This document shows positions 51,533 to 60,089 of a stretch of DNA of 64,000 nt, one piece after another. The stretch comes from an uncultured Actinomycetota bacterium (lineage in GTDB: Bacteria > Actinomycetota > Actinomycetes > Propionibacteriales > Nocardioidaceae). How positions within the stretch are numbered: the first letter of the stretch is position 1; every line of letters starts with the position of its first letter. Where the stretch lies: NCBI GenBank assembly GCA_963784485.1, contig CAWARH010000006.1, forward strand, positions 580,298 through 644,297, written 5' to 3'. Under the pieces are notes generated by a model. It did no database searches and was not told the origin of the DNA. It worked only from the letters and a program-made list of their open reading frames with translations. Both the position numbers and the translations under genes were made by a program.

Positions 51533-53011
51533 TCAGGCGTCCCGGCTGACCCACCACGTGCGTGCGCGTGCCAGGGCCCCCAGAGCACGTCGGGTGCCAG
51601 GCCGTTCGAGCTGGTCCTGGACGTCGGAGACAGCGGCGTTCCACGCTCCGTCGTTGTACGTCGGGTAGGCATGGGTGACGCCTGCGAGGTCGCGAGTTGT
51701 GAGCCCCCGCGTGATCGCCAGGGTGAGCTCGCCCAGGGTCTCCCCTGCCCTCGGCCCGACCACCGTGGCCCCCAGGACATGGCCGCGCCTGTCGAGAACG
51801 AGCCGCACGAACCCTCCGGACGCTCCCTCCGCGACCGCCCGGTCCACATGGGAGTGCGACCAGTCGATGGTGCGCAGGCCTTGCGGGACCCGGTCCGTCT
51901 CCACCCCGACCGCGGCGACCTCCGGGTCGGTGAAGGTGACCCGCGGCACCGCCGTCAGGTCGACCTTGCGGCGTACCCCCAGAACGGCGTTCGACGCGGC
52001 CAGGCTCGCGTGCACGGCGGCGGTATGGGTGAACTGCGGATGGCCGGTGAGGTCGCCGGCAGCCCAGATCCGCGGATTGGTCGTCCGCAGGAGGTCGTCG
52101 ACCACCACGAACCCACGGTCATCGACCTCGACCCCCGCGGCCGCCAACCCGATGTCGCGGGTGCGAGGGGCACGCCCCACGGCGACCAGCAGGCGCGAGA
52201 AGGGCACGCGACCGCCGTTCTCGAGGTGGAGCACCCCGGAACCGGGTCCGAGTGGCTCGACCTTGGCGACTCCCGAGCCGGTGTGCAGGTCGACTCCGTC
52301 ATCGGCCAGGGCGTGCGCGAGCTCCGCCGCTGCGAGAGGGTCCTCGCGAGGCAGGATCCTGGGTGCGCCCTCGACGACGGAGACCCTGCTGCCCAAGCGG
52401 GCGAAGGCCTGTCCCAGCTCGCAGCCGATGCTCCCCCCGCCCAGGACCACCAGCTCGGCGGGAAGCTCGGTCAGCCCCCAGACGGTGTCGCTGGTCAGGT
52501 AGTCGACGTCCTCCAGGCCGGGGATGGGGGGAACCGCCGGCGAAGCACCGGTGGCGACGAGTGCCTGTCGAAACCTCACCGGTGAGCCGTCGATCTCGGC
52601 CGAGTCCGCCCCGGTGAAGCGGGCGGACGCGGTGCGAACAGTGACCGACGCCTTCTCGAGTGCCTCGACGGAGTCCACCGGCGCGATGTGCTGGATCGAC
52701 GCTCGCACGTGATCCATCACCCGGGTGAAGTCGACCGCGACCTCGCCGACGTCGATGCCGAACCGATGCCCGCGGCGGGCGCTGGCAGCGACGGCCGCGG
52801 CGGCCAGAAGCGCCTTGGACGGGACGCAGCCGGTCCACAGGCAGTCACCACCGGTGCGCGCCCGTTCCACGAGGAGCACCCGGGCACCCAGCCGTGCTGC
52901 GGTCTTCGCGCCCACGATCCCGGCCGTCCCACCCCCGACGACCAGGAGGTCCCACGGCTCGCCCGGAGAGCCGACTGACGAAAGGGTGGCAGTGGGCCGG
53001 CTGAGGCTCAC
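51533..53011 (-). CDS. class-I pyridine nucleotide-disulfide oxidoreductase (mercuric/glutathione-reductase-like)
   Basis: VVGGGTAGIVGA and the redox-active disulfide GGDCLWTGCVPSK, with a dimerisation domain carrying HAYPTY. GTG 53011 forms a GTGA overlap with the anti-sigma stop. Confidence 0.8.
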   Translation of the reverse strand: MSLSRPTATLSSVGSPGEPWDLLVVGGGTAGIVGAKTAARLGARVLLVERARTGGDCLWTGCVPSKALLAAAAVAASARRGHRFGIDVGEVAVDFTRVMDHVRASIQHIAPVDSVEALEKASVTVRTASARFTGADSAEIDGSPVRFRQALVATGASPAVPPIPGLEDVDYLTSDTVWGLTELPAELVVLGGGSIGCELGQAFARLGSRVSVVEGAPRILPREDPLAAAELAHALADDGVDLHTGSGVAKVEPLGPGSGVLHLENGGRVPFSRLLVAVGRAPRTRDIGLAAAGVEVDDRGFVVVDDLLRTTNPRIWAAGDLTGHPQFTHTAAVHASLAASNAVLGVRRKVDLTAVPRVTFTDPEVAAVGVETDRVPQGLRTIDWSHSHVDRAVAEGASGGFVRLVLDRRGHVLGATVVGPRAGETLGELTLAITRGLTTRDLAGVTHAYPTYNDGAWNAAVSDVQDQLERPGTRRALGALARARTWWVSRDA

Positions 53012-53286
53012 GCGGTGTCCTCGTCGTTGATCGTGGACAGGAAGTCGCGGACCCGGTCCACGGATCGGGGGTCGACTCCTGTCCCGCCTGACCACAGCGA
53101 CAGCGCCCGGTGCAGGGCACGGTGCTCGGCGGCGACCTGGGTGCACTTGGCGCACGTCGCGAGGTGTCCCTCCAGACGCGAGATCTCGCCGGGCGTGAGG
53201 CGGGCAGCGGGGTCGGCGTCGAGATAGCGCTGGATGCGGCGCGCGGACCAGTGGCAGGTCAGCATCTGACGCAGAGTCCCAGTCAT
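53008..53286 (-). CDS. soluble zinc-binding anti-sigma factor (ZAS, RsrA/RshA-like)
   Basis: 92 aa with no TM segment. C11 plus H41-x3-C45-x2-C48 (GHLATCAKC) mirrors the RsrA ligand pattern. ATGA overlap with the sigma gene. Confidence 0.75.
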   Translation of the reverse strand: MTGTLRQMLTCHWSARRIQRYLDADPAARLTPGEISRLEGHLATCAKCTQVAAEHRALHRALSLWSGGTGVDPRSVDRVRDFLSTINDEDTA

Positions 53287-53846
53287 GACAGGTCTCCTCG
53301 GGTGAAGGGGCTGAAGCGAAGCGACTTGCGGACCCGGTCCCGGGCGCGACTGAGCCGGGACATCACCGTCCCGACGGGGACCCCCATGACCGCGGCCGCC
53401 TCGGAGTAGCTCAGGTCGTGCACATCGACGAGGATGAGCGCGGCTCGAAAGCGGGGGTCGAGGGCACGCACGGCGGCATCGAGATCCGCGTGCAGCTCCT
53501 TGTGCACGAAGGTGTCCTCGGCACTCGGCAGCTCCGCCCTGCCGAAGGCAGGCCGGGCGGTCCGGATCAGCTCCCAGTCGCCGATCGTGCCCGGCCGCTG
53601 ACGGCGGTGCATGTTGGCGTTCGTGTTGCGCAGGATGGTCAGCAGCCAGGCCCGCGGATGCCGGCCATCGAAGCGATCGATCGCCCGGTAGGCGCGCAGC
53701 AGCGTCTCCTGCACCAGGTCCTCGGCGTCGGCCTGGCTCGAGGTGATGGTCAGAGCCACCCTCAGCAGGACCTCGATCTCGGGCTCCACCAACTGGCGGA
53801 AGGTGGCTTTCCGGGCTGGATCATCCGGTGGTCGCGGGGTTGTCAC
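53283..53846 (-). CDS. ECF (group 4) RNA polymerase sigma factor, SigR/SigH-like
   Basis: Region 2 DAEDLVQETLLRAYRAIDRF and region 4 LSYSEAAAVMGVPVGTVMSRLSRAR. Confidence 0.85.
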   Translation of the reverse strand: MTTPRPPDDPARKATFRQLVEPEIEVLLRVALTITSSQADAEDLVQETLLRAYRAIDRFDGRHPRAWLLTILRNTNANMHRRQRPGTIGDWELIRTARPAFGRAELPSAEDTFVHKELHADLDAAVRALDPRFRAALILVDVHDLSYSEAAAVMGVPVGTVMSRLSRARDRVRKSLRFSPFTRGDLS

Positions 53847-53853
53847 GACTGGG

Positions 53854-53882
53854 AAACCCGCTGGACACGGGAAACTCTTCCC
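53854..53882 (-). promoter_or_regulatory. candidate SigR/SigH-type autoregulated promoter GGAAGA-N17-GGTT
   Basis: The minus strand reads GGAAGAgtttcccgtgtccagcgGGTTTcccagtcGTG, with 19 nt between GGAAG and GTT. That is one more than the N18 I recall for SigR. It implies a very short leader. Confidence 0.3.
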
Positions 53883-54044
53883 GCCTCACCTCGCGGTGCT
53901 ACCGAGAGGCAGGGGTCGCCTGAGGCGCTCCAGCCGCGCTGCGGCGTGGCGCGACATGCTCTTGGGTGCCCGGGATGCTCCAGGACGGGTCGCGGGGTTC
54001 CCCTGGCGTATCGACCATGCGACACGACTCCACCGGAGGAACCC

Positions 54045-54608
54045 ATGAGTGCCACCACCAGTGCCCCCGCCACCTCTCTCGCCTCGCTGACGCGCGTCGC
54101 GTCGATGGGCGCGATCGCCGGCGTCATCGCCTCGCTGATGATGGCCGCGTACGCCATGATCGCGGCCGCGACCTACCAAGGCTCAGGCTTCTTCACCCCG
54201 CTCTACCACATCGCGTCGGTGTTCATCTCTCCCGCCGACATGATGTCCTCGATGCAGAGCGCCACCATGGGTGGCTCGAACTTCGAGTTCTTCGCCGGCG
54301 CCGCCCTCCTCGGGGCGCTCGTCCACATGATGGTGGGCGCGATGTACGGCGTCGGCTTCGCCGTCCTCGCCAGCCTCATCCGGATCCGCGGCATGGCACT
54401 GGTCGCCGCAGCCGTCGTCTGGGGCGGCCTCGTCTTCGTGATCAGCTCGTTCGCCGGCCTCCCCCTGGCCGCCACCATCTTCGACAGCGGGGACCAGATC
54501 ACCGACATGGCCGAGCTCGTCGGCTACGGCACCTTCCTCGTCGAGCACCTGGTCTTCGGGCTCTTCCTGGGTCTCCTCCTCTTCATGGGCGCCAAGCGCG
54601 CGCGTTGA
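54045..54608 (+). CDS. methionine-rich 4-TM membrane protein of unknown function
   Basis: A ggagga SD precedes the ATG. 15 Met in 187 aa, clustered as LMMAAYAM, DMMSSMQSATM and HMMVGAM. Confidence 0.65.
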   Translation: MSATTSAPATSLASLTRVASMGAIAGVIASLMMAAYAMIAAATYQGSGFFTPLYHIASVFISPADMMSSMQSATMGGSNFEFFAGAALLGALVHMMVGAMYGVGFAVLASLIRIRGMALVAAAVVWGGLVFVISSFAGLPLAATIFDSGDQITDMAELVGYGTFLVEHLVFGLFLGLLLFMGAKRAR

Positions 54609-54653
54609 GCCCCTCCCCCCTTTCCCGCGCCGGACCGCCACAGAGGACGAGCA

Positions 54654-55697
54654 ATGACCCAGACCACCCCGCCCCCACCCCAGGTCGAGGTGATGTGGCG
54701 GCCCGGCTGCCCGTTCTGCAGCTCGTTGCGTCGGGGGCTGAGGCGCGCGGGCGTGACGAGCGTCGAGCACGACATCTGGTCCTCCACGGACGCCGCCGCC
54801 CGCGTGCGGGGCGCCACCGGTGGCGACGAGACGGTGCCCACCGTCTTCGTCGGCGAGCGAGCGCTGGTGAACCCGTCCGTGCGGCAGGTGGTCGCCGCGA
54901 TCAGGGCCGCCGACCCCGACTATCGACCCGGTTCGACACCAGCGACTGGTCGCGACGTCAGCGACGGCACCCGGGAGCTTCCCGGCCCGGGACTCATCTG
55001 GACACTCGTGGTCGCGGTCGCGTGGACGGTGCTCGTCGCGTGGCGGCCCACGACCACGTGGCACCTCGCGCCGCTGATCCTGGCAGTGGCCTGGCCCTGG
55101 GTGGCCGGTCAGGACACCTCAACCGGTGATCCGTCGGCTCGACGACGCATCCTGCTCGCGGGCAGCGGTGGCCTCGGCGCTGCCGTGGCGACGACGGGGG
55201 TCCTGGCTGCGGCCGGTCGTCTGGAGGGACCTACGTGGACGGGGTCGGGAACCCCTGTGGTCGAGGCGCTCCTCCTCTCGGCCGGTGGTGCGGCCCTCGC
55301 CACGACCCTGGGACTGCTGCGCACGGTACGACGCACGACAGCCGCCTCAGCGCGGCTCGGGACCAGCCTGGTCGCCGCGTCGGACGACATCGTGACGGTG
55401 GAGGGCAACGCCTACTTCCCCCTGTCCAGCGTCCCCGGAGGAGTGCTGCAACCCAGCAGCACCACCAGCGTCTGCCCCTGGAAGGGAGTCGCGAGCTACT
55501 ACGACGTCCACGTCGACGGACAGGTCGTCCCGGACGGGGCGTTCACCTACCGCCACCCCTCACCGCTGGCCCGGCGCATCAAGGGCCGGGTCTCGTTCTG
55601 GAAGGGAGTCGAGGTCGACACCCGCCGACCAGGACCGGACCGAGCCCCTCACCCGGGACCCGACGGGCCTGCCCCCGAGGAGGGACCCGCCTGGTAG
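54654..55697 (+). CDS. mycoredoxin/glutaredoxin-like domain - TM region - DUF427 fusion protein
   Basis: N-terminus VEVMWRPGCPFCSSLRRGL...ETVPTVFVGERALVNPS (CxxC thioredoxin fold). Central hydrophobic helices follow. C-terminus TVEGNAYFP...CPWKGVASYYDV...AFTYRHPSPLARRIKGRVSFW is DUF427-like. Confidence 0.7.
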   Translation: MTQTTPPPPQVEVMWRPGCPFCSSLRRGLRRAGVTSVEHDIWSSTDAAARVRGATGGDETVPTVFVGERALVNPSVRQVVAAIRAADPDYRPGSTPATGRDVSDGTRELPGPGLIWTLVVAVAWTVLVAWRPTTTWHLAPLILAVAWPWVAGQDTSTGDPSARRRILLAGSGGLGAAVATTGVLAAAGRLEGPTWTGSGTPVVEALLLSAGGAALATTLGLLRTVRRTTAASARLGTSLVAASDDIVTVEGNAYFPLSSVPGGVLQPSSTTSVCPWKGVASYYDVHVDGQVVPDGAFTYRHPSPLARRIKGRVSFWKGVEVDTRRPGPDRAPHPGPDGPAPEEGPAW

Positions 55698-56761
55698 GTC
55701 TCCAGCCAGCGGCGATCGATGTACCGCTTGAGTCGCAGCGGTACGGCGCCGTACCAGCACCAGCGCCCACGGCAAGCGAGCCCGACGCCGTCGCCGAGAT
55801 CCAGGATCGCCAGGGCATGGCGCTGGGGCTCGTAGAGCGGCAGCGGGCCTCCCCGAACCCGCGCAAGCAGACTGCGGTGCAGCACCGGTCCCTGCCGAAC
55901 TCCGTGCACTCCGATGCGCGGCAGCGGAGCGGGGAGGAAGCGCGCGCAGTCGCCGACCGCGTAGATCTCGTCCCGGTCCACGTGCTGGAGGGTCGCTCGC
56001 ACCGGCACCCCGTGCCCGTCGCCGATTCCGAGCTCGGCGAGCAACGGGGGCGCGGTGAGCCCGGCGGCGAGCAGGGCGACATCGTGGGGCATCTCAGCAC
56101 CGTCGGCACAGACCAGGTGTCGCTCGCCGATCTCGCGCACGTCGCAGTGGGTGCGAACGGCGACGCCTCGTGTGGCGAGGAGCCGCCCGAGGCGCTTGCG
56201 CGCACGCTCGGGCAGCTCCGCACCGATGACCGGACCGGACTCCACCAACCGGACCTGTCCGACGTCCGGGCGGATCGCAAGGTGGGCCGCCAGCTCCAGG
56301 CCCGAGGCACCGCCGCCCACGACCGTGACCGTGGCAGTCGGTCGACCCAGACTTCGCAGTCGCACGTCCAGGTCAGCGAGGCCGCTCAACGGCTTCACCC
56401 TCAGCACCGTCGGATGGACCTCCATGCCGACCGGCGCCACCGCACTGCCGACGTTGACCGAGAGCACGTCGTAGGACAGGCGGGTCCCATCCGCCGCCAC
56501 CGCGATCCGCGCTTCCACATCGAGCGACTCCAAGGTGCCCTCGTGCAGCTCCACACCGGTGTCACCGGCGAGCCTCCGCACATCGACCCGCCCGACGTCG
56601 CGGGGCAGCGCACCGGCTGCCCTGGCCGCCGCAACACCGCTGTAGTCGAAGAACCGCGGAGCCAGGAGATGAACCCGATAGCCCGCCGCAACCAGCTCCT
56701 CCGCATGCTTCACGACGTAGAGGTGGGCGTGGCCGGCGCCGACCAGGAGCAGGACTGGCAC
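55649..56761 (-). CDS. NAD(P)/FAD-dependent oxidoreductase (Pyr_redox_2 fold; NDH-2/TIGR03169-like)
   Basis: LLLVGAGHAH at the N-terminus, a second dinucleotide motif VTVVGGGASGLE, and YAVGDCA. Confidence 0.7.
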   Translation of the reverse strand: MPVLLLVGAGHAHLYVVKHAEELVAAGYRVHLLAPRFFDYSGVAAARAAGALPRDVGRVDVRRLAGDTGVELHEGTLESLDVEARIAVAADGTRLSYDVLSVNVGSAVAPVGMEVHPTVLRVKPLSGLADLDVRLRSLGRPTATVTVVGGGASGLELAAHLAIRPDVGQVRLVESGPVIGAELPERARKRLGRLLATRGVAVRTHCDVREIGERHLVCADGAEMPHDVALLAAGLTAPPLLAELGIGDGHGVPVRATLQHVDRDEIYAVGDCARFLPAPLPRIGVHGVRQGPVLHRSLLARVRGGPLPLYEPQRHALAILDLGDGVGLACRGRWCWYGAVPLRLKRYIDRRWLETYQAGPSSGAGPSGPG

Positions 56762-56883
56762 TCGGCAACCTCAGGAACTAGAGCGAAACGGGACTCCCGC
56801 AGCCCAGTGCGAACTCACGGATGGCGCTCTGAGATTACCCGGACAGCTACCGGGCTCGGGTCTCGTAGGGGCGTGGGACGAGC

Positions 56884-57650
56884 TCAGGCTCTCTCGAGGG
56901 CTCTGAACCTCCAGGTCGTGCGCGAGAGGTAGGACTGCCCTGGGCGCAGGATCGGCGAGGGCCACTCGGGTCTGTTGGGTGAGTCGGGGAACAACTGTGG
57001 TTCCAGCGCGATGCCACCGCCTTGACGGAGGAGGCTGCCGGTGGTCGAGCGCTCACGGCCGTTCAGGGAGTTGCCGGTGTAGACCTGCAGACCAGGCTGG
57101 TCGGTGACCAGCTCCATCTCGATCATCGTGGCGGAGGAGCGCAGGACGGCGGTGGGGCGCATCGCGCCTCCATCGAGCACGTAGTTGTGGTCGATGCCCG
57201 AGGTTGCGGCGATCTGCGGATGGTTCGACCGCACGATCTCGCCCAGGCGTCGTGCGGCACGGAGGTCGAAGGGGGTGCCTGCCACCGGGGCGTGCCCGCC
57301 GAGGGGAAGCCCGGTGTCGTCCACCGGGGTGTAGAAGTCGGCCCCGACCTGGAGATCGTGGTCGTCGATGGTGCCCGAGCCCTCCCCTGCGAGGTTGAAG
57401 TAGGCGTGGTTGGTGAGGTTCACCACCGTGGCCGCGGTGGCCACGTGGCCGTGAGCTCGATGCGGACCCGGTCCGGCTCGACCGCGAACGACGCTGTGGC
57501 GTGGACCACCCCGGGGAAGCCCTGATCGCCGTCCGGGCTGGTGAGGGAGAAGCTTGCGGAGCTGTCGTCGTGGCGGTCGAGGTTCCACACCCGTTTGTCG
57601 ACGGCAGGGCCGCTCACGATGTGGGCGCGTTGGAGGAGCCTGTCCTCGGC
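56884..57650 (-). pseudogene. aldose 1-epimerase (galactose mutarotase) remnant: 5'-truncated and frameshifted
   Basis: Two frames carry consecutive mutarotase segments. One has ...[56 protein letters not shown]; the other has (T)[16 protein letters not shown]...[14 protein letters not shown].... The frame break is near 57443-57447, and about 100 N-terminal residues are missing. Confidence 0.7.
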
Positions 57651-57654
57651 GGCG

Positions 57655-57849
57655 AGTCACCTCGTCGCCGATCTGGACGTGGCTATCAGGGCTTGCGATG
57701 CCAGAGCCCATCCACCTCCCAGGCGGGGTGCCGCGCTCGGTGTGGTGACGGGTCAGCGGCGTCGACAGCGACCGGTCCCCGTCGCCTGCCGTACGCAGGA
57801 CGTACTCGTAGCCCTTGCCGGCGCTCATCTTGCTGATGGGTACGGTCAC
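57655..57849 (-). mobile_element. N-terminal stub (~65 codons) of a MobF/TrwC-type conjugative relaxase
   Basis: A gaaggagg SD and GTG 57849 are followed by [52 protein letters not shown]...QIGDEVT. This matches the conserved actinobacterial relaxase N-terminus (KLSAG.GY.YL.R...YY.E.GE.PG.W.GSG). Similarity stops abruptly where the mutarotase remnant begins. Confidence 0.6.
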
Positions 57850-57965
57850 CGCGCCCACCTCCTTCAGGAGGTAGGTGTGCAGGCGCTCCCGGACGGCGCC
57901 GGGACGGGCGCAGAAGGAGGGGCGGAAGAAGGAGCAGCAGGTGAAGAGGTGAGAGAGAAGATGTC

Positions 57966-59225
57966 GTGAAGGACGGGAGGGAAGAATGGCGCACTGTGAG
58001 CACACTGGCCGACGCCGTACTCCCGCTGATCCGTACGCGGTCAGACCTCCACCGCTACAGCGCCGCCAATGCGCACGGGCGCGACATGCACGAGGCCGTC
58101 GACATCCTCGAAGCCGCGATCCCGAGCACCGACCCGGCCGAGATCTACGCGGTGACACACAAGGCCCTCGCGTCGTCGCTGAAGGTGATCGCCCGCGCTG
58201 ACGACTCCAGCGGGATCATCGGCGACGCCTGCCGTCGACTGTTGGAGCTCCACCCGCAGGCGGCCGCAGCGGCCAGGACTCCGGTCGGCAAGTTGATCGA
58301 CTGGATGATGAAGTTCCAGTTCGAAGAAGAGGCCGACTACTTCGAGCTCGACCCGGTGGCGTACGCGTCGGCGCTGGGCGAGGTTGGCATGGCCGCCTAC
58401 CGGAGGCGACTCGCGGAGGTCGAGACGAGGCTCGGCCCGAAACCCTCTGCGGAGGATCGTTGGACGTCGGGTCACTCGCACGAGTGGTTCACCCTGGACT
58501 GGAACGCGCAGCGCCTGGCCGTCCTCGATCACGACATCGACGCGATCATCCGCACGCACGCGAGGGATCGGAAGGTCGCCGCCTGGTTCGAGGACACCGC
58601 CGAGGCATTCGAGGAGATCGGCGAGATCGACCTCGCCATCGACTGGGCGAAGCAGGCCACCGACTTCGACCGCGGACACCAGTCGCTCAAGGCTGCCGAC
58701 TACTGGTGCCGACTCCTCGAGGAACACCGACCAGCCGAAGCGCTCGAGGCCCGGCTCGTCGTGTTCCGCAAGTGGCCTTCGTCGACCTCCGCGGCACGTC
58801 TTTACAAGACGGCCGGGAGGTCTTGGCCAGACTTCCGCGACGAGGTCGTGACCACGCTTGCCGCGAGCCCTACAGATGCGGTGCTGTTCGCGCTCCTCAC
58901 CCTGAAGGAGCCTGAGTTCGCGTGGAACCTGGCCCAATCACTCGCGCTCGACAGCGACCACACCTGGAGCGAGCTAGTGAAGGCGTACGAGAAGGTCGAC
59001 CCGCTTGCGGTGCTGCCGATCCACCAGCGCCTCGTCGAGAACGAGCTGGTGGAGGCCGGCGCCCAGCACTACCGACTCGCTGCGAGGCGGCTGGCAAAGA
59101 TGCTCAAGCTCGCAGAAGGGTCCGACCACGCTGTCGAGGTCGAGGAGTTGATCGCCGAGCTCCGGGAGACGCATCGTCGCCGGCCGCGACTGCAGCAGGA
59201 GTTCGATCGCGCCGGACTTCCGTGA
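57966..59225 (+). CDS. all-helical hypothetical protein (possibly DUF6880-like)
   Basis: 419-aa ORF with normal codon bias and no motifs I can assign. The family guess is from memory of the C-terminal ...[14 protein letters not shown] pattern and is weak. Confidence 0.5.
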   Translation: MKDGREEWRTVSTLADAVLPLIRTRSDLHRYSAANAHGRDMHEAVDILEAAIPSTDPAEIYAVTHKALASSLKVIARADDSSGIIGDACRRLLELHPQAAAAARTPVGKLIDWMMKFQFEEEADYFELDPVAYASALGEVGMAAYRRRLAEVETRLGPKPSAEDRWTSGHSHEWFTLDWNAQRLAVLDHDIDAIIRTHARDRKVAAWFEDTAEAFEEIGEIDLAIDWAKQATDFDRGHQSLKAADYWCRLLEEHRPAEALEARLVVFRKWPSSTSAARLYKTAGRSWPDFRDEVVTTLAASPTDAVLFALLTLKEPEFAWNLAQSLALDSDHTWSELVKAYEKVDPLAVLPIHQRLVENELVEAGAQHYRLAARRLAKMLKLAEGSDHAVEVEELIAELRETHRRRPRLQQEFDRAGLP

Positions 59226-59299
59226 TCGACGAGGTGCTCCGGCGAGCCCGAAACGTCGCCTTTCCTCGGTGGACTGAGAGTCAGCAGGGGGGTTGAGCC

Positions 59300-59515
59300 A
59301 TGACCGTGGAGACCACGTCCGGCATCGAGAGGCGCAAGCGCGCCATCAGCGACGCTCGGCGCTCCTCTGAGTTGGAAGGCTCCCGCAGCAGCGACGCCAC
59401 CCGTGCCGATCAGGATGCCTACGCTCGGGGCGAGATCGACGTCGAGCAACTGGGCCAGCGGGTGCGGCCCGCCACGCCCTCTGGTGAGCGATCCCCGACC
59501 TTGGGAGGTCGGTGA
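59300..59515 (+). CDS. VbhA-type antitoxin (Fic inhibitor)
   Basis: 71 aa: RRKRAISDARRSSELEGSRSS carries the inhibitory S-x-x-x-E-G motif, followed by YARGEIDVEQL typical of the VbhA family. Confidence 0.6.
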   Translation: MTVETTSGIERRKRAISDARRSSELEGSRSSDATRADQDAYARGEIDVEQLGQRVRPATPSGERSPTLGGR

Positions 59516-59516
59516 C

Positions 59517-60007
59517 CACGAGTCCCGCTCATTCGGTTACCTGATCGCACCGGGCTTCTGGGTGCTCCGCAACAAGATCGGAGCAACCACGGCCGCGGAT
59601 CTGCGTGTCGCGGAGAACGACTTGGTCGAGACCAGGGCTGTTGAGCCCGATCTCGGCCGCGGCTGGTGAAGCGGACCTACGATCTGGCCCATTTGCGTGG
59701 GTTGCACTCCCAGCTCTTTCAGACAGTGTACGAGTGGGCCGGCGACATCCGGACTGTCGGCATCGCCAAGGGCGATGGCGAGGAGAACTCCTTCATCCCG
59801 CCCCTGGACATCGAACGTCCGGTCGCCCATGTCGCCAGCCGAATCGCTGACAGCGACTTGCTGCGCCCCATCCAGTGCGGAGCGGAACGGGCCCGATGTG
59901 GACCGTAGACGGACATCATTCGAATCCCTTCACGACGGGGTTGGTGCGAGGACACTTCGCCCGCGAGTCGACCGTGGCGCTCGTGATTTTCCATCAGGCG
60001 CACGCGT
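59517..60007 (+). pseudogene. degraded Fic/Doc-family (VbhT-like) toxin gene
   Basis: Frame 1 reads SFGYLIAPGFWVLRNKIGATTAADLRVAENDLVETRAVE and stops at 59669. Frame 2 reads TYDLAHLRGLHSQLFQTVYEWAGDIRTVGIAKG and stops at 59908. The expected HPFxxGNGR is present only as a corrupted NPFTTGLVRG. There is no clean start codon. Confidence 0.55.
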
Positions 60008-60089
60008 GATCCGCGCCGGCTCTCATGCTCCTCTCATGGAAGCACTCGTAACTTGACTCAAGTGTTCCCTCCCCGAGTCAGGCGGATCG

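Noticed and set aside
59915-59940. tRNA-like T-loop string TTCGAATCC as a possible att/tRNA fragment for the decayed element
   Set aside because: The flanking bases (CATCA / CCTTC) cannot form a T-stem, and no acceptor stem or CCA context is present. The string falls inside the degraded Fic coding region.
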